From an uncultured Alphaproteobacteria bacterium (GTDB taxonomy: Bacteria; Pseudomonadota; Alphaproteobacteria; Micavibrionales; SZUA-601): a stretch of 34,195 nucleotides of DNA. Location: positions 1-34,195 of the forward strand of contig CBFGSX010000002.1 of the NCBI GenBank assembly GCA_965651535.1. The letters are read 5' to 3'. A model generated the notes under the pieces. That model was given only the letters and a program-made list of their open reading frames with translations. It was not told where the DNA came from and did not search any database. Of this stretch, positions 25,371-32,860 are shown piece after piece; positions within the stretch are counted from its first letter, which is position 1; each line of letters starts with the position of its first letter. The position numbers were made by a program, and so were the translations under genes.

Positions 25371-25796
25371 CTATTGATCGGAAAGTTTTGCGGCTGTCAA
25401 CACAAAAGGTGTGGCGTTTGCGCTGTTTATCTCCGACAGGTCAAGCCATACACAGCCGTGGCTGTCTTGTCCGTCCGAGTCAGTTTTCGGCGTTCCGGAA
25501 ATTTCAACGCGGTAGATGATGCCCAAGTGCCGCAGCAAGGCGTCTTCCCCATCTTTATGATAGGAGTACCGCGTGCTGAAGCCGCCTAGTTGCGTGTAAT
25601 TCAAAGCATTACAGCCGGTTTCTTCAAGAAGTTCACGTTCCAGCGTTTCTTCAATAAGTTCGGTTTCTTCGGGGCTTCCCCCTGGAAGGTCATATAGCCC
25701 CGTATAGGGACCTCGCGCCTTTTTTATAAGGAGAATCTTCTTGTTACTGTCGTCGAGAATTAAGGCGTAAACGCCAAAGTGGGAGTGTTTGAACAA
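25371..25796 (-). CDS. Nudix hydrolase
   Basis: It has a perfect Nudix box, GSPEETELIEETLERELLEETGC (G-x5-E-x7-REUxEExGU). It is 141 aa with a TTG start. It is visibly more AT-rich, with more A/T-ending codons, than its neighbours. Confidence 0.85.
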   Translation of the reverse strand: MFKHSHFGVYALILDDSNKKILLIKKARGPYTGLYDLPGGSPEETELIEETLERELLEETGCNALNYTQLGGFSTRYSYHKDGEDALLRHLGIIYRVEISGTPKTDSDGQDSHGCVWLDLSEINSANATPFVLTAAKLSDQ

Positions 25797-25798
25797 TT

Positions 25799-25927
25799 TT
25801 AATCCGCCGCTTTGGAGAGCGCCGCACCCGTCTGGCGCAGGTCTTCGCCGAAACCGGCCACGGTGTTGCAGGCCGAAACGGACAGGGCCAGCAAGGCAAA
25901 GGCAAGAACGACGAACAGGGCGCGCAT
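25799..25927 (-). CDS. entericidin A/B-family small lipoprotein (42 aa)
   Basis: This ORF is below the ORF-track size cut-off. My minus-strand translation is MRALFVVLAFALLALSVSACNTVAGFGEDLRQTGAALSKAAD. It has a lipobox (LSVSAC) and the CNT-x2-GFGED-x5-G-x3-S-x-AA pattern seen in E. coli EcnA/EcnB. Its ATG overlaps the mutS TGA (TGATG). Confidence 0.75.
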   Translation of the reverse strand: MRALFVVLAFALLALSVSACNTVAGFGEDLRQTGAALSKAAD

Positions 25928-28572
25928 CAATTTTTCTCCGACAGGGATTTCAATTCGAACACTATATCCAAAGCCTCGCGCGGTGACAAGCTATCCGGCT
26001 GAATCGTTTTGATTTTCTGTAATGCCGGATGCGGTGCGGCGGTCTCTGCGGGCAGATCGGCGATCTTGCCGCTCAGGTCGTGTCCGATGGCATGGGATTC
26101 CAGCTCTTTCAAAATTGCCTGCGCGCGCGCCAAAAGCGGCGCGGGCATCCCCGCGAGGCGCGCCACGTGAATGCCATAGGAACGGTTCGCCGTGCCCTTG
26201 GCCACTTCGTGCAGGAAAACGATCTCGCCCTGCCATTCCTTGACCGCCAGCGTGAAGCACGCCAGATGCGCCAGCGTTTCCTCGAGCGCGGTCAGCTCGT
26301 GATAATGCGTAGCGAACAGCCCGCGGCATTTGTTCTTGTCGTGCAATTGCTCAAGTGTCGCCCAAGCCAAAGACAGGCCGTCAAACGTCGCCGTGCCGCG
26401 CCCGATTTCATCCAGAATGACCAGCGATTTTTCCGTCGCCTGATGGACGATGGCGGCGGTTTCGACCATTTCCACCATAAAAGTGGATTTGCCCTGCGCC
26501 AGATCATCCGCTGCGCCGACGCGGCTGAACAGGCGATCCACCACACCAATCGTGGCACTTTGCGCGGGAACGAACGCGCCGATCTGGGCCAGAAAAACGA
26601 TCAACGCGTTCTGACGCAGAAACGTTGATTTTCCGGCCATGTTCGGGCCGGTCAAAAGCCACAGGCGCTGCGCGTCGGACAAGGTGCAGTCATTGGCGAT
26701 AAAGCCGTTGGCTTTTTTGTTTTTCAGCGCGGCTTCGACGACCGGGTGGCGGCCTTTTTCAATCGAGAATTCCAGAGAATTTTCCACCGTCGGGCAGGTG
26801 TAATTTTCCGTCGCGGCCAGTTCGGCCCACGCGCAGGCGACATCCAAGCACGCCAGCCCTTCGGCGATGCGGCGGATGGTGGCGGTCTGTTCGGTGATGC
26901 GTTTGGTGAAATCGTCGAAAATTTGCGTTTCAATCGCCAAGGCGCGCGCGCCGGCCTCGGAGATTTTCTTGTCCAGATCAGCCAGTTCCACGGTGGTGAA
27001 ACGCGCCGAGGTCGCCAGCGTCTGGCGGTGGATAAAGAGGCGGCTTTCCGGGCCTTTTTCGCGGTCGGGCGTGTTGAAGGCTTTGTCTGCGAAGGTCGGC
27101 GTCACCTCGATGAAATAGCCGAGGATCATATTGTGCTTGATCTTCAGCGTCGGGATGCCGCTTTCCTTGGAATAGCGCGCCTGAAGCTGCGCGATCACGG
27201 TTTTGCTGTCGCGTTGCAGGTTTTGCAGCTCGTCCAGCGGCGCAGAAAATTGCGGGGCGATGAAACCGCCGTCGCGCGCCAGCAGGGGCAATTCCTCTTT
27301 GAGCGCGCGGTCAAGCTCGGCGACGATCTCCTGAAGCGCGGCGGGCTGCTCCAGATTTTCGGCAACGGCATTGAGCAGCGCGGGCTGGTTTTTTTGTTGC
27401 AATTGCGGGATGATCGCCGTCGCCTGATGCAGCCCGTCGCGCAAAGCGGCCAGATCGCGCGGCCCGCCGCGTCCCAGCGCAATGCGGGTGAGGGCGCGTT
27501 CGATATCGGGGCAGGATTTAAGCGTCTTGCGGATATTCTGGCGCAGCAAGGTGTTCTCGACGAACCATGCCACATTGTCGAGCCGCGCATTAATCGCCGC
27601 GACATCCGCCAAAGGGGCGGCGAAATGCCGCGCCAGCAAGCGCGATCCGGCATTGGTGACCGTGCGATCCACCGTATCGAAAAGAGAACCTTGGCGCGTG
27701 CCGTGCAGCGTCTGGGTCAGCTCGAGATTGCGGCGCGTCGCCGCGTCGATCAGAATCAAATCCGTTGCCTCGTGGATTTTCGGCGGTTGCAGATGCAAAT
27801 TGTCGTTCTTTTGCGTCAGCGCGATATACTCGATCAGCGCGCCGAGCGCGGACAAATCGTTGGCGTTGAACGCGCCGAAGCTTTCGAGGCTTTGCACGCG
27901 GAAAAGTTGCTTGATGCGGTGCGCGCCGTTTTCGCTCTGGAAACGGGCGGTGGGCTGTTCGGTCACCGTCAGGCCGGAAAAGGTCTTTGACAGTTCCCCC
28001 GCGACCAGAATTTCCTTGGGCGCAAGCAGGGCAACGGCGTTGGCGGCGTCGGTGACGCGTTGCACGCACAGCTCGCCCGTCGTCAGATCGGCCCAAGCCA
28101 GGCTGAAATTTCCCGTCTTGCCGAAGATGGCGGCAAGATAGTTGTTTTCGCGTGCATCCAACAGCGTGTCTTCGGTCACCGTGCCGGGGGTGACGATGCG
28201 GATGACCTCGCGCTTGACCAATGCTTTGTAGCCGCCGCGTTTTTTCGCCTCTTCGGGCGTTTCGACCTGTTCGCAGATGGCGACGCGATGTCCCGCGCGG
28301 ATCAGCTTGCCCATATATTGTTCATAGGCGTGGAACGGTACGCCGCACATGGGGATGTCGGTGCCGTCCGTTTTGCCGCGCTTGGTCAGCGCGATGTCGA
28401 GAATTTTGGATGCCGTCACCGCGTCGTCGAAAAACAGTTCGTAAAAGTCGCCCATGCGGTAAAAAACCAGACAATCGGGATTCTGGTTTTTGACCTCCAT
28501 ATATTGCTGCATCATCGGCGTCAGCGTCTTGGCTTCGGCTTCTTCGGCAATCAGGGCGAGTTGCTGTTGCAA
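25927..28572 (-). CDS. mutS: DNA mismatch repair protein MutS
   Basis: TPMMQQYMEVKNQNPDCLVFYRMGDFYELFFDDA, Walker A (LLTGPNMAGKST) and SLVILDEIGRGTATFDGLSLAWA identify it. The apparent start is TTG at 28572, 2 nt after the dut stop codon. Confidence 0.97.
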   Translation of the reverse strand: MQQQLALIAEEAEAKTLTPMMQQYMEVKNQNPDCLVFYRMGDFYELFFDDAVTASKILDIALTKRGKTDGTDIPMCGVPFHAYEQYMGKLIRAGHRVAICEQVETPEEAKKRGGYKALVKREVIRIVTPGTVTEDTLLDARENNYLAAIFGKTGNFSLAWADLTTGELCVQRVTDAANAVALLAPKEILVAGELSKTFSGLTVTEQPTARFQSENGAHRIKQLFRVQSLESFGAFNANDLSALGALIEYIALTQKNDNLHLQPPKIHEATDLILIDAATRRNLELTQTLHGTRQGSLFDTVDRTVTNAGSRLLARHFAAPLADVAAINARLDNVAWFVENTLLRQNIRKTLKSCPDIERALTRIALGRGGPRDLAALRDGLHQATAIIPQLQQKNQPALLNAVAENLEQPAALQEIVAELDRALKEELPLLARDGGFIAPQFSAPLDELQNLQRDSKTVIAQLQARYSKESGIPTLKIKHNMILGYFIEVTPTFADKAFNTPDREKGPESRLFIHRQTLATSARFTTVELADLDKKISEAGARALAIETQIFDDFTKRITEQTATIRRIAEGLACLDVACAWAELAATENYTCPTVENSLEFSIEKGRHPVVEAALKNKKANGFIANDCTLSDAQRLWLLTGPNMAGKSTFLRQNALIVFLAQIGAFVPAQSATIGVVDRLFSRVGAADDLAQGKSTFMVEMVETAAIVHQATEKSLVILDEIGRGTATFDGLSLAWATLEQLHDKNKCRGLFATHYHELTALEETLAHLACFTLAVKEWQGEIVFLHEVAKGTANRSYGIHVARLAGMPAPLLARAQAILKELESHAIGHDLSGKIADLPAETAAPHPALQKIKTIQPDSLSPREALDIVFELKSLSEKN

Positions 28573-28574
28573 GA

Positions 28575-29030
28575 TTATGCGGCCTTTGTTCCCGTTGAGC
28601 CGAAACCGCCCGCACCGCGCGCCGTGTCATTCAGCTCCGTGACGACATCGAATTGCGCGGTTTCATATTTGGCAATGACCATCTGCGCGATACGCATTCC
28701 ACGCTCGACGGTGAAAGGCTCTGCCCCCAGATTGACCATGAGGACGGCGATTTCGCCGCGGTAATCGGCGTCGATCGTGCCGGGCGCGTTGATCATGGTG
28801 ATGCCGTTCTTGATCGCCAGACCCGAGCGCGGGCGCACCTGCGCCTCGTAACCGGGCGGCAAGGCGATGCAAATGCCCGTCGGGATGGCTTTGCGCTCCA
28901 TCGGTTGCAGCGTGACGGGTGCGTCGATGGCCGCCATCAAATCCATGCCCGCCGATTGCTCGGTGGCATATTTCGGCAGGTCGAGGCCTTCGTAAGAGGG
29001 AAGTTTTTTGACTTGGATGGTAACGGTCAC
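28575..29030 (-). CDS. dut: dUTP diphosphatase
   Basis: [26 protein letters not shown] and [11 protein letters not shown] are Dut motifs. Its GTG start overlaps the ubiE stop codon (GTGA). Confidence 0.95.
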   Translation of the reverse strand: MTVTIQVKKLPSYEGLDLPKYATEQSAGMDLMAAIDAPVTLQPMERKAIPTGICIALPPGYEAQVRPRSGLAIKNGITMINAPGTIDADYRGEIAVLMVNLGAEPFTVERGMRIAQMVIAKYETAQFDVVTELNDTARGAGGFGSTGTKAA

Positions 29031-29764
29031 AGTTTAACTCCGGTGTGAATGGCGGCGATACCGCCCGAAAGGTTGGTGAAGGAACATTTCTTGAATCCGG
29101 CCTCGGCAAGGCGGATTTTCAATTCCTGCTGATGCGGGAACTGGCGGATGGATTCCACAAGATATTGATAGCTTTCGCGGTCATTGGCGACGAATTGTCC
29201 GATGCGCGGAATGACATGAAATGAAAACGCATCGTAGATTTTTTCAAGCGGCTCATAGGCGGGCTTGGAAAACTCAAGGCAAAAGAAACGCCCGCCGGGG
29301 CGCAAGACGCGATAGGCTTCGTGCAAAGCCTCGTCGATATGCGTGACATTGCGCAGGGCGAACGCAATCGTATAAATATCAAAGGAATTATCGGCGAAAG
29401 GTAATTTTTCCGCATTCGCCGTTTTCCATTTCAGTTTTCCGGTCAAGCCGCGGTCGCTGGCGCGCGCTTGTCCGACTTTGAGCATATCGGGGTTGATGTC
29501 CGAGACGGTGATATCCGCGCCTTTGGACGCGTCATGCATTAAAAAGGAAATATCGCCCGTGCCGCCGCCGACATCCAAAATTGTGTGATGCGCCATCGGG
29601 CGGATGCGGCGCACGAAGCTGCGCTTCCACAGGCGATGCACGCCGCCCGACATGAAGTCGTTCATCAAATCGTATTTGCCGGCCACGCGCGAAAACACGT
29701 CGCCGACGCGTTTCGTCTTTTCGGCGGCCGAGACGTTTTCGAATCCGAAGCGGTGGGTTTTCAT
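29027..29764 (-). CDS. ubiE: ubiquinone/menaquinone biosynthesis C-methyltransferase UbiE
   Basis: [26 protein letters not shown] and the SAM motif [10 protein letters not shown] identify it. Its ATG overlaps the helicase stop codon (ATGA). Confidence 0.92.
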   Translation of the reverse strand: MKTHRFGFENVSAAEKTKRVGDVFSRVAGKYDLMNDFMSGGVHRLWKRSFVRRIRPMAHHTILDVGGGTGDISFLMHDASKGADITVSDINPDMLKVGQARASDRGLTGKLKWKTANAEKLPFADNSFDIYTIAFALRNVTHIDEALHEAYRVLRPGGRFFCLEFSKPAYEPLEKIYDAFSFHVIPRIGQFVANDRESYQYLVESIRQFPHQQELKIRLAEAGFKKCSFTNLSGGIAAIHTGVKL

Positions 29765-32523
29765 GCCGCGACTTTAGCATATTGAGGGGAGGCAAGAAAC
29801 CCCTCAATCTCGGCACAAGAGTTTGATAATGTTGTTTTTTCTATGGCTACGCCTTTGGGAAAGGCACTATAAAGGCGGCTGGGCAGCGCCGATTCCAGCA
29901 GCACGAAAACGCCGTGATCGTTTTCCGTTCGCACCAGACGGCCAAAAGACTGGCGCAGGCGCATGGCCGTCAGGAAGTAATCATACTCCTTGCCGAAATA
30001 GGCGCGGCGCGCCTTGTGCAAAATATCCGCGCGCGGCCATGGGATGCGGTCGTAGACCAAAAGGCGCAAGGCGCGGCCCGGCACATCCACGCCGTCGCGC
30101 AACGCATCCGTGCCGAGAATGCAGGAATTTTCCTCGGCGCGGAAAATATCGACCAGCGTCGCGGTGTTGAGCCCGTCGACGTGCTGGGCGTAAAGCGGCA
30201 GTCCGTCGATGGATTTCTTGATATGCGGATAGGCCGCTTGCAGGCGTTTGATCGCCGTGAACAACCCCATGCCACCGCCTTTGGCCGCCTTGAAGAGTTG
30301 CGCATAGGCGTTGGCGATCTCGGCGGGCTTGTTTTTATCGACATCCGAGATCAGGAAAATTTTCGTCTGTTTCGCGTAATCGAAAGGCGAGGGGATCTGC
30401 ACGCGCAAGGCGGCGTTGTTCTGTTCGCGCAAATAGCGCCCGCCGAGGCGGTTCTCGGCCATGGCCCAAGAGTGTTCGTTGTCGGCGCGATTGGGTTTCA
30501 GCGTCGCCGAGGTCACAACCACGCCATGCGCCTGCGCGTTCATCAAATTGGTGAATTGCTGCATCGGGTCGCGAAAATGGCGATAGGCGCCGATATTCAC
30601 CGCGCGCCCGTCGATGCGCGTGATCTCGAGCCAGTCGATGAATTCCTCGGGGGTCTGCGTCGACAAATTGCCCAGTAAATCGCGCCACGCCCTGAGCGGG
30701 TCAAGGCAGCGCGCTTGCAGGCTTTTCAGCAGCGTGCCGATGCCGCGCAGGGTTTGCGCGTCTTTGGTTTCGTCTTGCAGCGCTTTCAGATCGTCGGCGA
30801 GGCGGTCGAGCCGTGAAATCAAATGCGTGATGTCGTCGGCCAAGGCGTTTGCTTTTTCCAGCAGCGCATCGGTGGCGGGTTGCGGTGTGGTTTCGAGGCT
30901 GTAGGGGCTGTTCGGCGCGTCGCTGCGCGACATGACTTGAACGCGCACGGCAGCAAGGAATTCCTCGGTCGCGTTTTTTGGCATTTCCTTGGCGATGCGA
31001 TCGAGCCAGCCGCTTTCGGGCAGGAAATGCGTCGCCTCGCGGATGGCGGCGACGTGTTCCAATAACGGATGGCTGTCGCCGACAATTAAATTGAGACGGC
31101 GCGATAATCCGCGGCGCCGCGATTTTTTGCCGCGCTCTTCGCCGTTGAGCCAGCGCTTCAGCTCGGCGGTTTCCGAACCGCACAAGGCGACGGAAAACGC
31201 GCTGTCTGCCGCCTCGAACAGATGATGCCCCTCGTCGAACACGAAGCGCGTGGGCAGGGCTTTGCGCCCGTCATCATTGTCCTCGGCGTCGAAAGGCTGT
31301 AACAGCGTCAGCGCGTGGTTGGCGACGATCACTGTCGCGTCGCGGCTTTGGCGTATGCCGCGCTCGATAAAACAGCGCTGATAATGCGGACAGGCCTGAT
31401 GGATGCATTCGCCGCGGCGGTCGGCCATTTGCATGGTGGTTTTATTTCCGGCCAGCGTCGGCAGCCATCCGGGCAGATCGCCGCCCGTCAGATCGCCGTC
31501 GCGTGTGGCCATCGTCCAGCGCAACATCAATCCCATACCGATGCGGGATTGATAATCGCCCGTCAAAAAAACCTCGGCGCTTTCGTCCAGATTCAAAAGG
31601 CATAGATAATTTTCGCGGCCCTTGCGCACGACGGCCTGCGGCTTGTCCGATTTTGGAAAGATGCGGTCAAGATCGTGTTGCAGCTGGTTTTGCAAATGGC
31701 GCGTAAAGGTGCTGATCCACACCGTGCCTTCATTCTTTGTTGCCCACGCCAAGGACGGCGCCAGATACCCCAGCGTTTTACCCACACCCGTTCCGGCCTC
31801 GGCGACGATCCAATGCGGTTTCTGCGGCGCTGACGGCGGCTGGAACGCCGCCGTCAGCGCGCCGGAATAATCGGCTTGCTCGGGGCGCGGCTCGGCGGTT
31901 TTGACGACGGATTCAACCAGACGATTGAGCTGCGTGCGCGATTCCGTCGGCGTAACGGGGTTTTGTGCGGGCGCGCCGCGCGGCGGCGTTTCTTCCCATT
32001 CCGGCAATTTGCGCCAGACGGAAAGCGTTTCCTTGGCGTATGGGGCTGTCGGCGTTTCCAGCGGTTTGCCCAGCGCCGCCAAGACAAACGGGCTCCAGCG
32101 CCAGATCGGCGCGGTCGCTGCCATGGCCTGCGCGATGGACACCATGCGGTCGCGTTCTTCTTGCGATTTTTCTTGCGTTTCCGTCAGAAGTTTTTCGATG
32201 CAGGAGACAAGATTGAACGCCTGTTGCGCCGGATCGGCGGTTTCGGTAATGCCCAAAGCGCGCGCGAGGCCGTTCGGGGTCGGCACACAAAACTGCGCGG
32301 GCCTGACGAATGCAAATAATTCCAGAACATCAAAAGCCGCGAATTTCTCGACGCCCGAACGCTCGGCGATAAACGGCGCGTGACACGCAATGACCGGGTC
32401 TTTGAGAAGCGCGGCAGCGTCTTTTTTGTTGCGCGCCTCGCGAATATCGCCGTCCGGCGAAATCCAGTGCAAAATCTCGCCCGCGTGGATGACCACGGGA
32501 ATATTGGGGAGGGCGATGGTCAA
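29761..32523 (-). CDS. DinG/XPD-like Fe-S ATP-dependent DNA helicase
   Basis: It has Walker A (AEAGTGVGKTLGY), a DEAH-type box (VFDEGHHL), a four-Cys cluster (NYLCLL...GECIHQACPHYQRCF) and a C-terminal helicase domain (LFTAIKRLQ...ILGTDALRDGVDVPG). The start is uncertain: the track uses TTG 32523. Confidence 0.85.
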   Translation of the reverse strand: MTIALPNIPVVIHAGEILHWISPDGDIREARNKKDAAALLKDPVIACHAPFIAERSGVEKFAAFDVLELFAFVRPAQFCVPTPNGLARALGITETADPAQQAFNLVSCIEKLLTETQEKSQEERDRMVSIAQAMAATAPIWRWSPFVLAALGKPLETPTAPYAKETLSVWRKLPEWEETPPRGAPAQNPVTPTESRTQLNRLVESVVKTAEPRPEQADYSGALTAAFQPPSAPQKPHWIVAEAGTGVGKTLGYLAPSLAWATKNEGTVWISTFTRHLQNQLQHDLDRIFPKSDKPQAVVRKGRENYLCLLNLDESAEVFLTGDYQSRIGMGLMLRWTMATRDGDLTGGDLPGWLPTLAGNKTTMQMADRRGECIHQACPHYQRCFIERGIRQSRDATVIVANHALTLLQPFDAEDNDDGRKALPTRFVFDEGHHLFEAADSAFSVALCGSETAELKRWLNGEERGKKSRRRGLSRRLNLIVGDSHPLLEHVAAIREATHFLPESGWLDRIAKEMPKNATEEFLAAVRVQVMSRSDAPNSPYSLETTPQPATDALLEKANALADDITHLISRLDRLADDLKALQDETKDAQTLRGIGTLLKSLQARCLDPLRAWRDLLGNLSTQTPEEFIDWLEITRIDGRAVNIGAYRHFRDPMQQFTNLMNAQAHGVVVTSATLKPNRADNEHSWAMAENRLGGRYLREQNNAALRVQIPSPFDYAKQTKIFLISDVDKNKPAEIANAYAQLFKAAKGGGMGLFTAIKRLQAAYPHIKKSIDGLPLYAQHVDGLNTATLVDIFRAEENSCILGTDALRDGVDVPGRALRLLVYDRIPWPRADILHKARRAYFGKEYDYFLTAMRLRQSFGRLVRTENDHGVFVLLESALPSRLYSAFPKGVAIEKTTLSNSCAEIEGFLASPQYAKVAA

Positions 32524-32533
32524 TTTAACTAAA

Positions 32534-32612
32534 CCGTCATTCCCGCGAAAGCGGGAATCCAGTTGAGCCCGCCGATCTCGTGCCGCTGGATCCCCGCCTG
32601 CGCGGGGATGAC
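32534..32612. repeat. two further REP-like hairpins of the GTCAT-stem-loop-ATCC family, in inverted orientation
   Basis: 32534-32560 reads CCGTCATTCCCGCGAAAGCGGGAATCC. The reverse complement of 32588-32612 reads GTCATCCCCGCGCAGGCGGGGATCC. Confidence 0.7.
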
Positions 32613-32669
32613 AAGAAAAGGTTGGGTCGTGGGAGAGGGCATGAATATTCGCTCGGGGATGCGACTAAG

Positions 32670-32843
32670 TTAAGATTGTTTTTTCTTCATCCTATCGACC
32701 ACGGTCATCCATCCCGCCAGAAAAACAAAAGCGGCGACGAAGGCGGCTGGATGCGGGAAGCTCAGCAATAACGGCATGATAAAAAACAAAGCCGCGAGGA
32801 AATAGGCCAGCTTGCCCCAGTCTTTTGATAAAATCTTGTTCAT
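32670..32843 (-). CDS. small (57 aa) hydrophobic membrane protein, hypothetical
   Basis: MNKILSKDWGKLAYFLAALFFIMPLLLSFPHPAAFVAAFVFLAGWMTVVDRMKKKQS has two hydrophobic segments. AAGGAGA lies 6 nt upstream of ATG 32843. It starts 17 nt after the lysS stop codon. I do not recognise a family. Confidence 0.5.
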   Translation of the reverse strand: MNKILSKDWGKLAYFLAALFFIMPLLLSFPHPAAFVAAFVFLAGWMTVVDRMKKKQS

Positions 32844-32860
32844 GTCTTTCTCCTTTTTTT

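Noticed and set aside
25364-26000. A possible integrated element at tRNA-Arg, marked by an att-type duplication of the tRNA 3' end or by integrase remnants.
   Set aside because: I found no second copy of the tRNA 3' segment (…TTCGACTCCTGCCGGGGTC…) and no integrase-like ORF. Only the compositional anomaly of the Nudix gene remains, and it is reported separately.
32580-32771. A 63-aa plus-strand ORF (MPLDPRLRGDDKKRLGRG...).
   Set aside because: It starts inside a REP hairpin and runs antisense to the 57-aa peptide gene. The PRLRGDD-type sequence is the usual translation artefact of this repeat family.
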